Shown piece after piece: positions 53,301 to 64,000 of a stretch of 64,000 nt of DNA (positions are counted from its first letter, which is position 1; each line of letters starts with the position of its first letter). The stretch is from Phoronis australis (lineage: Eukaryota; Animalia; Phoronida): assembly GCA_002633005.1 (NCBI GenBank), contig NMRA01000512.1, positions 128,540-192,539 of the forward strand, in the 5' to 3' direction. The position numbers and the translations under genes were made by a program. The notes under the pieces are model-generated. The model ran no database searches, was not told the DNA's origin, and was given only the letters and a program-made list of their open reading frames with translations.

Positions 53301-56300
53301 CAGCTATGGCATCCCATGTGCACATCTATGGCATTCCATATGCATAGCTATGACATTCCATGTGTACAGCTACGGCATCCCATGTGCACATCTATGGCAT
53401 TCCATGTGCACATCTATGGCATTCCATGTGCACAGCTATGGCATTCCATGTGCACAGCTATGGCATTCCATGTGCACAGCTATGGCATTCCATGGGCACA
53501 GCTATGGTATTCCATGTGCACAGCTATAGCATTCCATGTGCACAGCTATGGCATTCCATGTGCACAGCTATGGCATTCCATGGGCACAGCTATGGTATTC
53601 CATATGCACAGCGATGGTACTTCATGTGCACAGCTACGGCATTCCATATGCGCATATGTCAACCTTTTTAGTCTTGCCATAGCATTTATTTGAAGAGCAT
53701 AACTAAGAGTAAGTAGCACTGGCCTACTAAAACCAGTCGCAGGTGACACACAAGAGATGCCCGTTGAGGCCACATTTTTAGAAATAGCCTACTTTTAGAG
53801 GCCGATAAATTTGAGAAATTTCAGCCATTTTGTCGAACCTATCACATTACACAGTTACCTATTGCTTATTGGTTTATCTCTAAAATTAGAGGGCAAAAAG
53901 AAACATTGTCCATAGTTCGTAACACAATGAATATAACACGACAAAAACAGTTAGTGGTACATTTTCAGGAATATTGAATAATGGAACCAAACAGCTCCCT
54001 GCCAGCTGAACAAAGCTACCATATGCTGTCACAATAGCAAGACCTTTCAGGGAATAAAACCTGAACATATTTTGAACATTGTAGGATTCGAGGACCAACA
54101 AGGACCAGTTCGAGCCTACATTTCTACGAGGCTTCTCCGATGGAATATGGTGGGCTTTTGTCTCCATGACAACTGTGGGGTAGGTAGTTTGACCAGTCAA
54201 GGGGCACTGTCACTCAAACATTAAGCAGACAGCTTTCAAAACCAATGAACAGCACAAAGCGTGTAAAGGCTGTGTTTATAGTTATACACAGGCATTTTTG
54301 TGTGATTATAATTGACCAAAAAATGTTTCATATAATGAACTCATATCAACCATTTTAGCCTGATAATCTTTCATTATCAGTGAAATATGTATAATACCAA
54401 CCAAAATGGAGGTGTACTACGATAACACGGCATGCTCAGTGCTCACACGAGTGTTTCTATTTTAACAGTTACGGCGATAAGACGCCACGGTCAGTGCTCG
54501 GAAGAGTGTTTGGCATCCTGTGGATACTCATCGGCATCTGCATTATAGCAGTGTTCCAGAGCAGTGTGACGACCGCCCTCAGCTTCATCCAACAGCCATT
54601 ACCTAACATTAATAACCACAGAGTGGCAGTGATTGCGGGCACAGAGGACTACATCCTGGCTCTTCGTGAGGGGGCCATTATCTTAGGTAGGAAACATCAC
54701 CGTGAGGGGGCCATTATCTTAGGTAGGAAACATCACCGTGAGGGGGCCATTATCTTAGGTAGGAAACATCACCGTGAGGGGGCCATTATCTTAGGTAGGA
54801 AACGTCACATTAGGATTAATGCCAACTAATTACACACTCCTAAATTTTACAAGCATGTGCCCTTTTCTGTTTGTTTGATGCGTGAAGTGAGAAAGAGATC
54901 GAAACCGAAAATGTTATTTAAGCCTAACATGAGCTTAGAATACAAATTTCAGTCCTTTAGAAAATGCATCTGCCCCCCCCNNNNNNNNNNNNNNNCCCCC
55001 CCCCCCCCCCAAACTAACAGTGCCACATGTAGTCTACTTAAAAGAAAAAATGCAGCTGCTTCAAAACTGGGTTTACGCATTTTAATAGTACATGCGACAC
55101 GATGCGAATGAAGTAATGAGTAGAAACGTTGATAAACAGAATTTGGGTTGGAATATTTTATGTTCAAATGTATAATACGCAGGAATAATTTTAGAAGAGC
55201 CTTCAGTAAGGCCTCTGCATTAAAGTACAGTTTCGATTAAGAGGAGCTCTTAACTTCGGTTTTGGATCAAAGTTAACACTGCGAGTTTACATCGGAGTAA
55301 GAAGATGGACTTAACAGCAAACTGTCGACATTTCGTTACAATGATACACCAGGGGTCACTGCATTTGTCAACAGCCCGCCATGACTAATTAATAAAATTA
55401 ACATATGACATTAATGTTTCGTTTAACATTTATTGATTTGGCAGTCTAAGCATTCTGTCTCAATTGAATGGAATATTTTTTGGATTCTATACTTTACCAA
55501 AAATCACTGAACATAGAATTTACGCAAAACGAGTACCCGACATACTGTTTTAGTTCTGGTCCAGTGATACTCAGTCTCTTGTTATAAACCCTGGTGAATT
55601 GCTGGTCTGAAAACCCTGAAGGTGACTGGAACGGTAACACAGTAAACCCTTCTTAACAACGAAGCTTTGACATTAGTGTAGTTAACTGCATCAGGGAAGG
55701 GGTGCTTTGAAGCAAAATTAATTTCTTTGATGCATTGTGATTGCTTAGCTCAAGCCAACAGGACCATTTGCAAGCAAAAAAAGACAAAAATTAACGTGGT
55801 CTCCTCCAATTCACCCATAGACTTGAGGCAGTGCAAGACAATTCACCCATGGATTTGAGGCAGTGCAAGTCAATTCACTCATAGACTTGAGACAGTGCAA
55901 GTCAATTCACTCATAGACTTGAGACAGTGCAAGTCAATTCACTCATAGACTTGAGGCAGTGCAAGTCAATTCACCCATTCCCAAGCTTGTTCTAAAATGA
56001 ACTCTGTATATGATACACAGTGATATCCTTGTTTTGGGTCAATGAATGAATGCTATTACACAGCTGGAAATGTTTTAGTGGAATCAATGTTTGAAACGAT
56101 TTTATGCATATCTATATGCATATTCTGACCGAAGTAACATATGTGTTCATCGAAAAAGCAAATTATAAAACCATTATAATCAGTACTTTTATGCCAACTC
56201 TAATTAGAATTACTCACATGCCCTAGTCTGTAGATGTCTAAAAGTGCATTTAAAATTCTGCGCTAATATGCTGACCCTGGAGGAAAAACTTGCTTCTAAA

Positions 56301-58210
56301 TTAAGCACTACACCACTGGATGTAGCCCGAGCCCTGTTCAAATAAGGGGTCTTATTAGTGATGATAGATATTATTGAACAAACATTAAATTAAGGTGTTG
56401 ATAGAGATTAGCACTAAGGCATTTTGCAATGCTTCCAATCCTGCGCTTCGAAACTGTTGTCCAAGTCAATCTCCTACAATTTTTTTGTCTTTTAACAATG
56501 AAATGACCATCACTTTCAATTAAGCTCGATAGCTATGATTAGCCTAGAGGCATGTCCAATCCCGGCTGGAGCAGAAATCAAAATCTGTGTGACTGAAGCC
56601 TCAGACCTCATGGAAATTAACAGGTTGTGGAAAGGGTTGATTGGTGCAATCACCTAAACTAGATAAGATTTCTATTTGGTTCATGGCGTCAACGGTTATT
56701 TGTACTGAAGACTATATCTGCCCTCATTGGTATGACTTCCCATAAAATTCACGGTAGAGAATGGTGTCTATACAAACTTTTAACTTTCAGAATGCGATGG
56801 AACGCCATGTCTCTACCAGAATCTCAATGAAAAGAAGGTATCGGGATTTGTGGTAGACTATTTCGTCGAGAGGCATGCTCGTCAGATGTCGGAGAACCCA
56901 AACACAGAGTTTGTGGCAGCGTATCGCATCCAGACAGCTGTAGCCCATGGTATCCTTGTGCAGGTGATGCTTTGTGACTATACGATGTAGAAATGTACAT
57001 TGACATAACTGATGTTTGCACGCGATGCGGAGATTTATGGCAGCAGGGCCAAGTCAAAAATCAAAACCAAAACTGCCAAATTCAGCTAAGTATTGTCTGT
57101 CCCACCAAATATAAAAAGGGACAAGCTGGTGACAATAGACATATTACTCAATATTATAGGCAAAGACAGGGACTTTTTCTCGTATTTAATGTTTGCCAAA
57201 CATGGCCCATTGAATAACAAGACTTAGTCAGATATGTATACTGTATACAGTTTTAATGTCTTTCTTTGAAAATGAAAAGAGTCTGCTGTCAATAAAAACA
57301 GTCCTTCGACAAAAATCTGTCAAAATTAATAACAAATCACACTTTAACAGTGTTGGAAATGCATGGCTATTTCTTTGTTCTCCAATATATCTATATCACA
57401 ATTTTCTAAATCAGTTTTATTTTTACCATTAATTGGATCATGTCACGTGACCATGCCTTTTTAAAAAAATTAGCAAACAAGAAAGAACATTGATATGAGA
57501 ATTTTATTTCATGTAAAATACAAATGTTAAAGGTGAAATTGTAAAAACACTGCAAGTTAATTTTCTAATTCATTTCACTTCCAAATTATGCAACTTAAAC
57601 AGTTTGTTTGTGAAATCATGAAAACGGAAAATTTTAAAAACAACTCATAGGCATTTTGAAGAACAGAGCATAATGTATAATATCGGAACGTTTCATAAGA
57701 ATCTGATCCACCACTCCTGAGATATGATGTTCTGAAGTTAGCCAAATATGGACAGTTTCCTAAGGTCCATCATAACCTTATCTGAAATGTTTTGTTTGTT
57801 CTCATCAGGGACTTCCTAGTGACCTTGTGTCCTGCCTGACCTACGAGGCCCAGAAGGAACGTGCCCAAGTTTACAAGTGGATGCATGCTCTCTCAACCTT
57901 CAGCACGGCACGCGACAAGTATTCCTCGCCAAAAGATGTAGCACAGGACATCATGTATCTAGATGAGCAATTGGTTATCATTTACTCCGTATGTACCGGC
58001 ATCCTCGGAGGTCTCATCGTCAGTTTGGTAATCTGGGACATGAAGTTCCGTGCCTATAGCAAGCGGCGTCGAGCCTCGCACCAATTGCAGAAGAAAAAGA
58101 GCATCTCAAAAGACGAAGTAGTCGACAAAATGGAAGGGGTGAACCACAAGGCCTACGACAACTTTGAAAGAAATGATTACAGCGGAAATGATGTACCTTC
58201 TAAGTTCTGA
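47342..58210 (+). CDS. GluR0-like putative ligand-gated K+-selective channel (signal peptide, PBP-like S1, M1-P-M3 with TTVGYGD, S2, extra TM), 471 aa
   Basis: Exons 47342-47744, 53080-53204, 54085-54179, 54469-54686, 56791-56963, 57809-58210 (1416 nt, all GT/AG, phases consistent). Motifs: MVLTLVWVTCLASILLTANA signal, WDYPPY, FAFPV, FIPIIISPG, M1 WPLSILLIVATGFAGIIIWAL, GIWWAFVSMTTVGYGDKTP, M3 ..IIAVFQSSVTTAL, VAVIAGTEDY, GFVVDY, last TM LVIIYSVCTGILGGLIVSLVIW. Confidence 0.88.
51000..51258. repeat. ~37-bp minisatellite x7
   Basis: Unit ATCATGTAACATGGATTACTATAGGCCCTCCCCCTGT. Confidence 0.9.
53221..53650. repeat. 22-bp minisatellite x~19 in channel intron 2
   Basis: Unit GGCATTCCATGTGCACAGCTAT; explains the spurious repetitive ORFs. 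Confidence 0.92.
54665..54808. repeat. 36-bp tandem repeat x4 duplicating the exon-4 donor
   Basis: Unit CGTGAGGGGGCCATTATCTTAG|GTAGGAAACATCAC. Confidence 0.92.
55808..55978. repeat. 32-bp minisatellite x~5
   Basis: Unit AATTCACTCATAGACTTGAGACAGTGCAAGTC. Confidence 0.9.
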
Positions 58211-58269
58211 TATGGAGAAGGTGGGAGTGATAATCTTGATGTTAACTGTCATGTTACTGTAGTGTACAC

Positions 58270-58750
58270 CAGGCCTTTATGCAGCGTATGTCCTGGGCAT
58301 CCATAGCACTAATATGGAGGCCCTGGCAAGGACGCCCAATGTATCATTTGGACGCCCACTATCAATAGGAACCTTTCATGTTTGGACTCACATATTGTAA
58401 TGATCACTAGGAAGCCTCTGAAGGCTCACAGTGGTGGCTCTTTTTTCAAAGCAGGAAGAAATATACAATGTATATACAAAGTATATGCATTGTTGCTATT
58501 TTGACACTTGATTGACAGCATTGTAAAAGTCTTGGTCTACACAGTTTTTTTTAGTAAAAATGCTCACCATAGAAGGCTGTTTTATAAACTTAGATATAAA
58601 AACCTTGATCTATGCATTTTTTGTAAAAAAATCTGTGTGTTTGGGGGTACTGCTGGGGGTGGGGGGTTATGCGTGGGAATCATGGACGCCCTGGAACATT
58701 GGGAACCCCATTTTGGACACCCTATTTTCAAAATCCTGGATAAAGGCCTG
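58270..58750. mobile_element. hAT-type MITE (copy 2)
   Basis: TIRs CAGGCCTTTATGCAG / CTGGATAAAGGCCTG; 8-bp TSD GTGTACAC; inserted ~60 nt after the channel stop codon. Confidence 0.9.
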
Positions 58751-61700
58751 GTGTACACAGTAAAAGATTGGGGTTTGAGAAGTGAAGCAGTCCGTTTTAC
58801 GACATTGGTAGACGTGTAAAACAATTGAAAAGCTTTTTCCTTTCTGCAGAGAACAGATTATTTAATTTGAAAAATGTTGACGTAGGTTTCAGTTTTTGAT
58901 AGTTTGGCATTTAATAACAGAACTCGACATCACATTTCACGATGATGTCATACTATGCAATACGAAAACCAAGTGCAAACATTAGGTAAAACAAACAATT
59001 TTAAATTTTAAGAAATGAAGAAACTTCTTGTCTTAAGATTGTTCATATCAATTTAAAAGGCTCAAAAACAAGCAGCGAAGTAACGTTGATCTTGAAATTG
59101 GCATTCTTTTGAAAAGGTCAAATGGTGCATTCTCATGCGTTGCTGCAAAAACAAAGACAGAGACCCCACCTATTTCCGTATCAAATAGAAAACGTGGCGG
59201 ACATGAAAACAGAATTTAAAAGAAAAATTTTCAATGTAACTTTTAAAAGTTGATGTACAAAAGCCAGAAAAACAAAATGTTGAATTACGTAAATGTAAGA
59301 AAATCAAGAAACTGGGAAATAGAACTAAAGGCGTTAAAATATAACACTGATGTCGCAGAATGAAATTCGCGACAAAGCTTAGTTCTGACATGGATAATAC
59401 AGGTTGTGAATGAGGAGGTAGGCTTAGGTGTTTTTGAATAACCATACTATGGAATGTTTTTATTGCTGCGTATCTCCAAATCAATGTAACTGCGCAAGGT
59501 GAGAAGAAATTAATCATAAAAATAAATGTTTTTCAATTCAAGAGCTGCAAAATGCTATATTCCACTCCATTTATTGTAACCAACTTAGTGAGAGTGCATA
59601 AAAACACGAATGTCCGTTTTTTTTCTAGACAACAACAGATGGGGCTGCCTAAATGTGACAAGTTAAAAACTTGTTTCTGACAAAAAATGAACATTGAAAG
59701 GGTCAAACCCGCAACTTGTCAAAAATCAACTTCTTATTTAGGTCACTTACTGTTTGTAAAATTGGTCTCGTCTTGCTGGCCACCTCAGTTGCCAGGGCAA
59801 CCAAGGAAATTCTAGTCCATTTATTGTTACCAATTAAATGAGAGACTGGATCAAAACACAGAAGTCCTGTTGTCTTTAGCGAACAACAGATGGCATGGCC
59901 CTATGCGACCAGATGTAATTCGCCCAGTTTACCTGACAAAAATTTAAAATTTCAGCAACACAAACAAAGACTCGCGTGCAGCGGAGGAGACTTTACTTTA
60001 CATATCTGAATTTGTTTAACAAGACCAAAGAATTGATTTTAGTGTCTTGGAATCAATTTCTGTTCAATGTTTTTCTTTAGTTATGATGCCATTGTCAATT
60101 CGTCAAATGAATTCAATACTAGTAGGAAGTAACAGATGTGTTAGCCCCTGAAAATGAACTCAATAAAATGTTCATTAAATTAATATAATTGGTTAAATAC
60201 AAGGCACTCCTCTTTATTCCATTTCGTTCATATCATCCGAACAAAGTAACTGACCAAGAGACATGATTAAAAGACGCATGATACGAACAACAAGTGTAGT
60301 GTATTTCACCAATTTTGCGTAACGGAAAGCGTGCTACCCAAGAACAATAAGATAATATAGGTATAAGTATTCACATGTGGTATCTCTTATGTGTAAACTT
60401 GTAAACTGAGGACGGCAGTTATTAGAGAAAATTCATTCGGCAATTCTTACGCTAACATGATTTTCACCCAAGTGGACGAGAAAGCGTGTACAGTGCACCC
60501 CAAGGTATCCAGCGAATTCCTCAGCACATCAAAGGTTAGATGGTGCTGTCACATATTGAAGTGAGCTAGTTGCAATCCATGCGCTTGGTCGAATGTGTAT
60601 TGATTGAGATAACTGCGGTGGTAAACAATGTGCTTGTTTAGCGTACGAGTTTCAAAGTAAAAAAATAAACAATAAATAAGGAAAAAGTAAATATCAGCCA
60701 TTTCAAATTTTTAAGAGAATAAGATAAATTAGGGAATTCCATTTCTTTAGGAGCGTGACCATATCTATTAGGATACGTTAGTCACAGTCCACTTTTTCAC
60801 GAGAGACAGTAGTCATCGTGTCAGTGGCCATGATGCGACTTGCTCCACTTGAGTCGCATTTACACGACATTAGATGGCACACTGGATCAGCACGAGTCAC
60901 TGTATTCGCATGCTGGCATAAACAATAGCGAATTTCCAAACCACATGCAATGCCAGCTGATCACCGGAATATACGCCATTGCGCAAGCCCATTGAAAGAT
61001 GACCCATTTCCACCCTGCCCCGGTTGTGAACTTGACACTCGAGCAACTGATCAACTTACTCCACCTATCAAACCGGAGTCAAAAATGTCAGGTGCACTCT
61101 CAACTTGCTCCGCGTCAGTCGTGTTTACACGCACACCTCCAATGGAGCAGCTGTTCCGTGTTAGCTGTGCCAGCCAGGTCAGCTGTCTCTTGTGTAAATG
61201 CGACTATAGGTGTTGGAGTATTAAAACTCCAAATGTTAGTGTAGGAGTTATCTCCTCTATGTCGTAATTAGTTATGAATGTAGTATTAAGCACAACATGT
61301 CAAAGGTCAATTTTCTTAGGCTAAGCATTTTATTACAGAGTAGCTGCCCAGTATTGTATGAATCAATGTACTGAAATAGCACCCACCCCATGTTGTCAAC
61401 GGTGGATGTAAACTGGCTTGATGTTTCTGCGTTTATTATACACCATCCTCAGAAGCAAAAAAGTGGCCACATTGCTAGGCCCAACAACAAGTAATGATAA
61501 ACAGACATTGTCAGTTACAGGGGAGCAACAATAGACAAGACAAACAATGACAACCTGTCATGTGCCAGCTACCCATTGAGACTGGGCTTACACCAGTTTA
61601 TAATGCAGAGCCTCACAAATTTTCAGCTCCTTTGTTGTTTCGGCTTGGCTATTATAGCAGTCATCCAAAGAGCATTGCTCATAACAATTATTGGAGCTCT

Positions 61701-64000
61701 TCAGATGAATATCACTATGTGAACCTCAGTCAGAATTTAGATTTCCCTGGTTCGGGTTTTCAAATGGCGAAAAAAGTAGCCATTGTTTTTCCTTCTGAGG
61801 TGGTGATATAATAAACGCGGAAACATGTCAAACTGATTTATATCCATCGTTTTTATTAACAAATGTTGTCAATGTTTTTATTTATTCGAAAATGTAACCA
61901 CTAATTCCTCAAGCACTTGGAAAACCAGATACTTCCGACAAAAAGAAAATCCGGAAGTGAATGCAGTGAATGGGTAGCTTAACTGGCATGCTGTGACACT
62001 TAATTATGTATGTGTATTCAAATCTTTGGTAAACACAGTGTGATGAATCCTACAGACAACAGGAAATGAGTTCCTGTTAGGAGTGAATATCTTTATGTTC
62101 CATTTAATGTATACACAGTAATCAGAATAATTGTATGCACTATACGGTAACACAATGCTGCATGTCAGAATTGTCTAAAATATTAACATCAGTTAATCAA
62201 AACAAGCCTGAATTTTATCTTAAAAATTACATGCAGGTTTCTTTTGACAAAACTCACAGATAAATATTTTGATTTTGAGGCGTCCAAATAGGCAAAAATG
62301 CCAAAATTCACTGCAGTTCAATTTTAAGAACCAATCAAATATGGCTGTTTAATTATCCTAGTATTAAGCAGAAGTGTAGATTTTTTGTTTCAAAGCCCTG
62401 TGTAACACGGTCCTTGAAAACCACTGTTTTGGGTGAAATCCTTCATTTCAGTTAATGAGCGCTGTGTGGGATTTTAATTACATGTATAAAATATGTTAAC
62501 AGGGTGTTGTCTATCCTCAATTAGAATGATGTAATGGGCAGAGTTGCGTTGCAAACTCATGCAACACATTCAAACTTCACAGCACAAGCCATGGGCGCTT
62601 AGTGCTCTTCATAAATGAAGCCACCAACTGTCAACATTCTGTAGTGTTGCAAATGAGGTTATACACCCTGGATGCTAGAATGTCCTTAACCAGAACACAG
62701 GAGCCATGTTGTGAAAATGATCTCTGTAGATAAGAGAAAGAACTGATTAGACGTCTATATTTTGGATGTTATCATGACTCAGTTTAGCCAGATGTACCTT
62801 CTGATCCAAAAACAACAGCGACAGTTGATTTTAAAAAGTCACTTGCGCTCTGCACTGTTCACAAAATAGTAGAAAATGACCGGCAACATTCCAATCCTAC
62901 ACCGTCTATTCCAGACCATTTCCACAAATGGCTTCAGCTACAATAAATGACATCATCATCCCTCAATACCTGCGGTTGTTATATAAGAAGCAAAAACTTC
63001 CACACTCAAGAGAAAACAGACAAAAGTCTGAAGTACAATTATTACAGTTATACAAAATGTTACAATATTCCAAATTGACCTATGGGAAGCTCCACCCCAG
63101 TCTTGTCAAGAATGATGAGTTCTAAATGGTCAATCTGTCACTCAAAATCCTGGCGATAGATAAATTGTAGAGGAAATGGAGTTCAGAAATATCACTCCTA
63201 TAAGCCTAAGCATAAAATTTGACTATTACTTTCCAAACATGGTGTTTCAGCCATTTTCTTATTGGTTTTTGATAAAATTCGGCAATTGTTTCCAATAAAA
63301 TAATGTATTCTGCATTCTACGAGAGTTTACAAATAAATTTCATGCAAGTTGTTGGCTTTTATATAATATCGTTTATTAAAAAATGTTATGGAGTCTGAAC
63401 ATAGAACTGAAATCAGTAGTACACAAAAGACTTGGTACCTAAAAGCCAGTTCGTGGTCAATTTATTGTCAGTACATTACAGTATAAATTCTGCCTCTAAA
63501 AAGAGTTCATTTGTTCATTTTTTACTTCAACACTGCTCGACACTTAGCTTGACGCCAACTCACATTTGGCGACCTGGGATTTTCCCCAGGTCAGCAAAGG
63601 AAATCTGAGGTCGCTAAAACTGAAATCGAAATCGTCGACTAACAAAAAGGTCGTACCGTTGTCCGACAATCAACTCGTACCTCTTCAATTTGTCCCGGTA
63701 AAATATGTACCATTCAATCTCTAACTCAATTCCTCCTGCCAACAAAGATAGAACGCAGATAATTGCGTACACTGGAGGCACGTGTTTCACTCAACTTTTG
63801 CCAAAAAATTCCGACTTCCATCTCTTAATTTAAACACGTGTTTGATGTGCGCTGACTTCTGTGGTGGCAAATACACCGAGTTCCCAATAGCCATATATAA
63901 AACAAAGCTTATCTGGGTCTCTACGTTTATTAACATGTTTTTTCCACTTCTCCACAATTATTTGGTCAAAATGAAATTCGGAGTTGGCTGTTTCTTACTC

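Noticed and set aside
53037-53773. 218-aa and overlapping ORFs with HSMCTAMAF repeats
   Set aside because: Read-through of a 22-bp intronic minisatellite; only 53080-53204 is exon.
54981-54995. N run within a poly-C tract
   Set aside because: Assembly gap, not a biological feature.
34206-55978. CRISPR-like arrays
   Set aside because: The repeats are head-to-tail without unique spacers, the context is eukaryotic, and there are no cas genes.
61060-61205. Minus-strand exon-like frame (LAQLTRNSCSIGG..GGA|GTAAGT) as a SMYD SET exon
   Set aside because: Only a vague resemblance to CNSFTI; no GLY/NHSC motif follows.

Overview
Intron-rich, AT-rich invertebrate (metazoan) genomic DNA. In order: (1) 1-8.4 kb, the 3' part of a spliced non-coding snoRNA host gene (+, GAS5/UHG-like) whose introns carry at least 14 box C/D snoRNAs (U14 x2, snR38/SNORD1, SNORD12/snR190, U54, U32-like, U24, U36, U80, U42, U74-like x2, SNORD88-like and one with an unfamiliar 18S guide); (2) RPL7A (-, ~10.3-17.2 kb) hosting two more U14 copies and a dual-guide U36; (3) MED22/SURF5 (+) head-to-head with RPL7A, as in the vertebrate surfeit locus; (4) the last four coding exons of an SMYD3-like gene (-), with a decayed BEL/Pao LTR element and a LINE fragment in one intron; (5) a 6-exon, 471-aa gene (+, 47.3-58.2 kb) with GluR0-like architecture: signal peptide, split ligand-binding lobes around an M1-TTVGYGD-M3 K+ pore, and an extra C-terminal TM. 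MITEs and minisatellites are frequent; several tandem repeats duplicate splice sites. snoRNA family names and rRNA positions come from recalled human/yeast sequences, not database searches.
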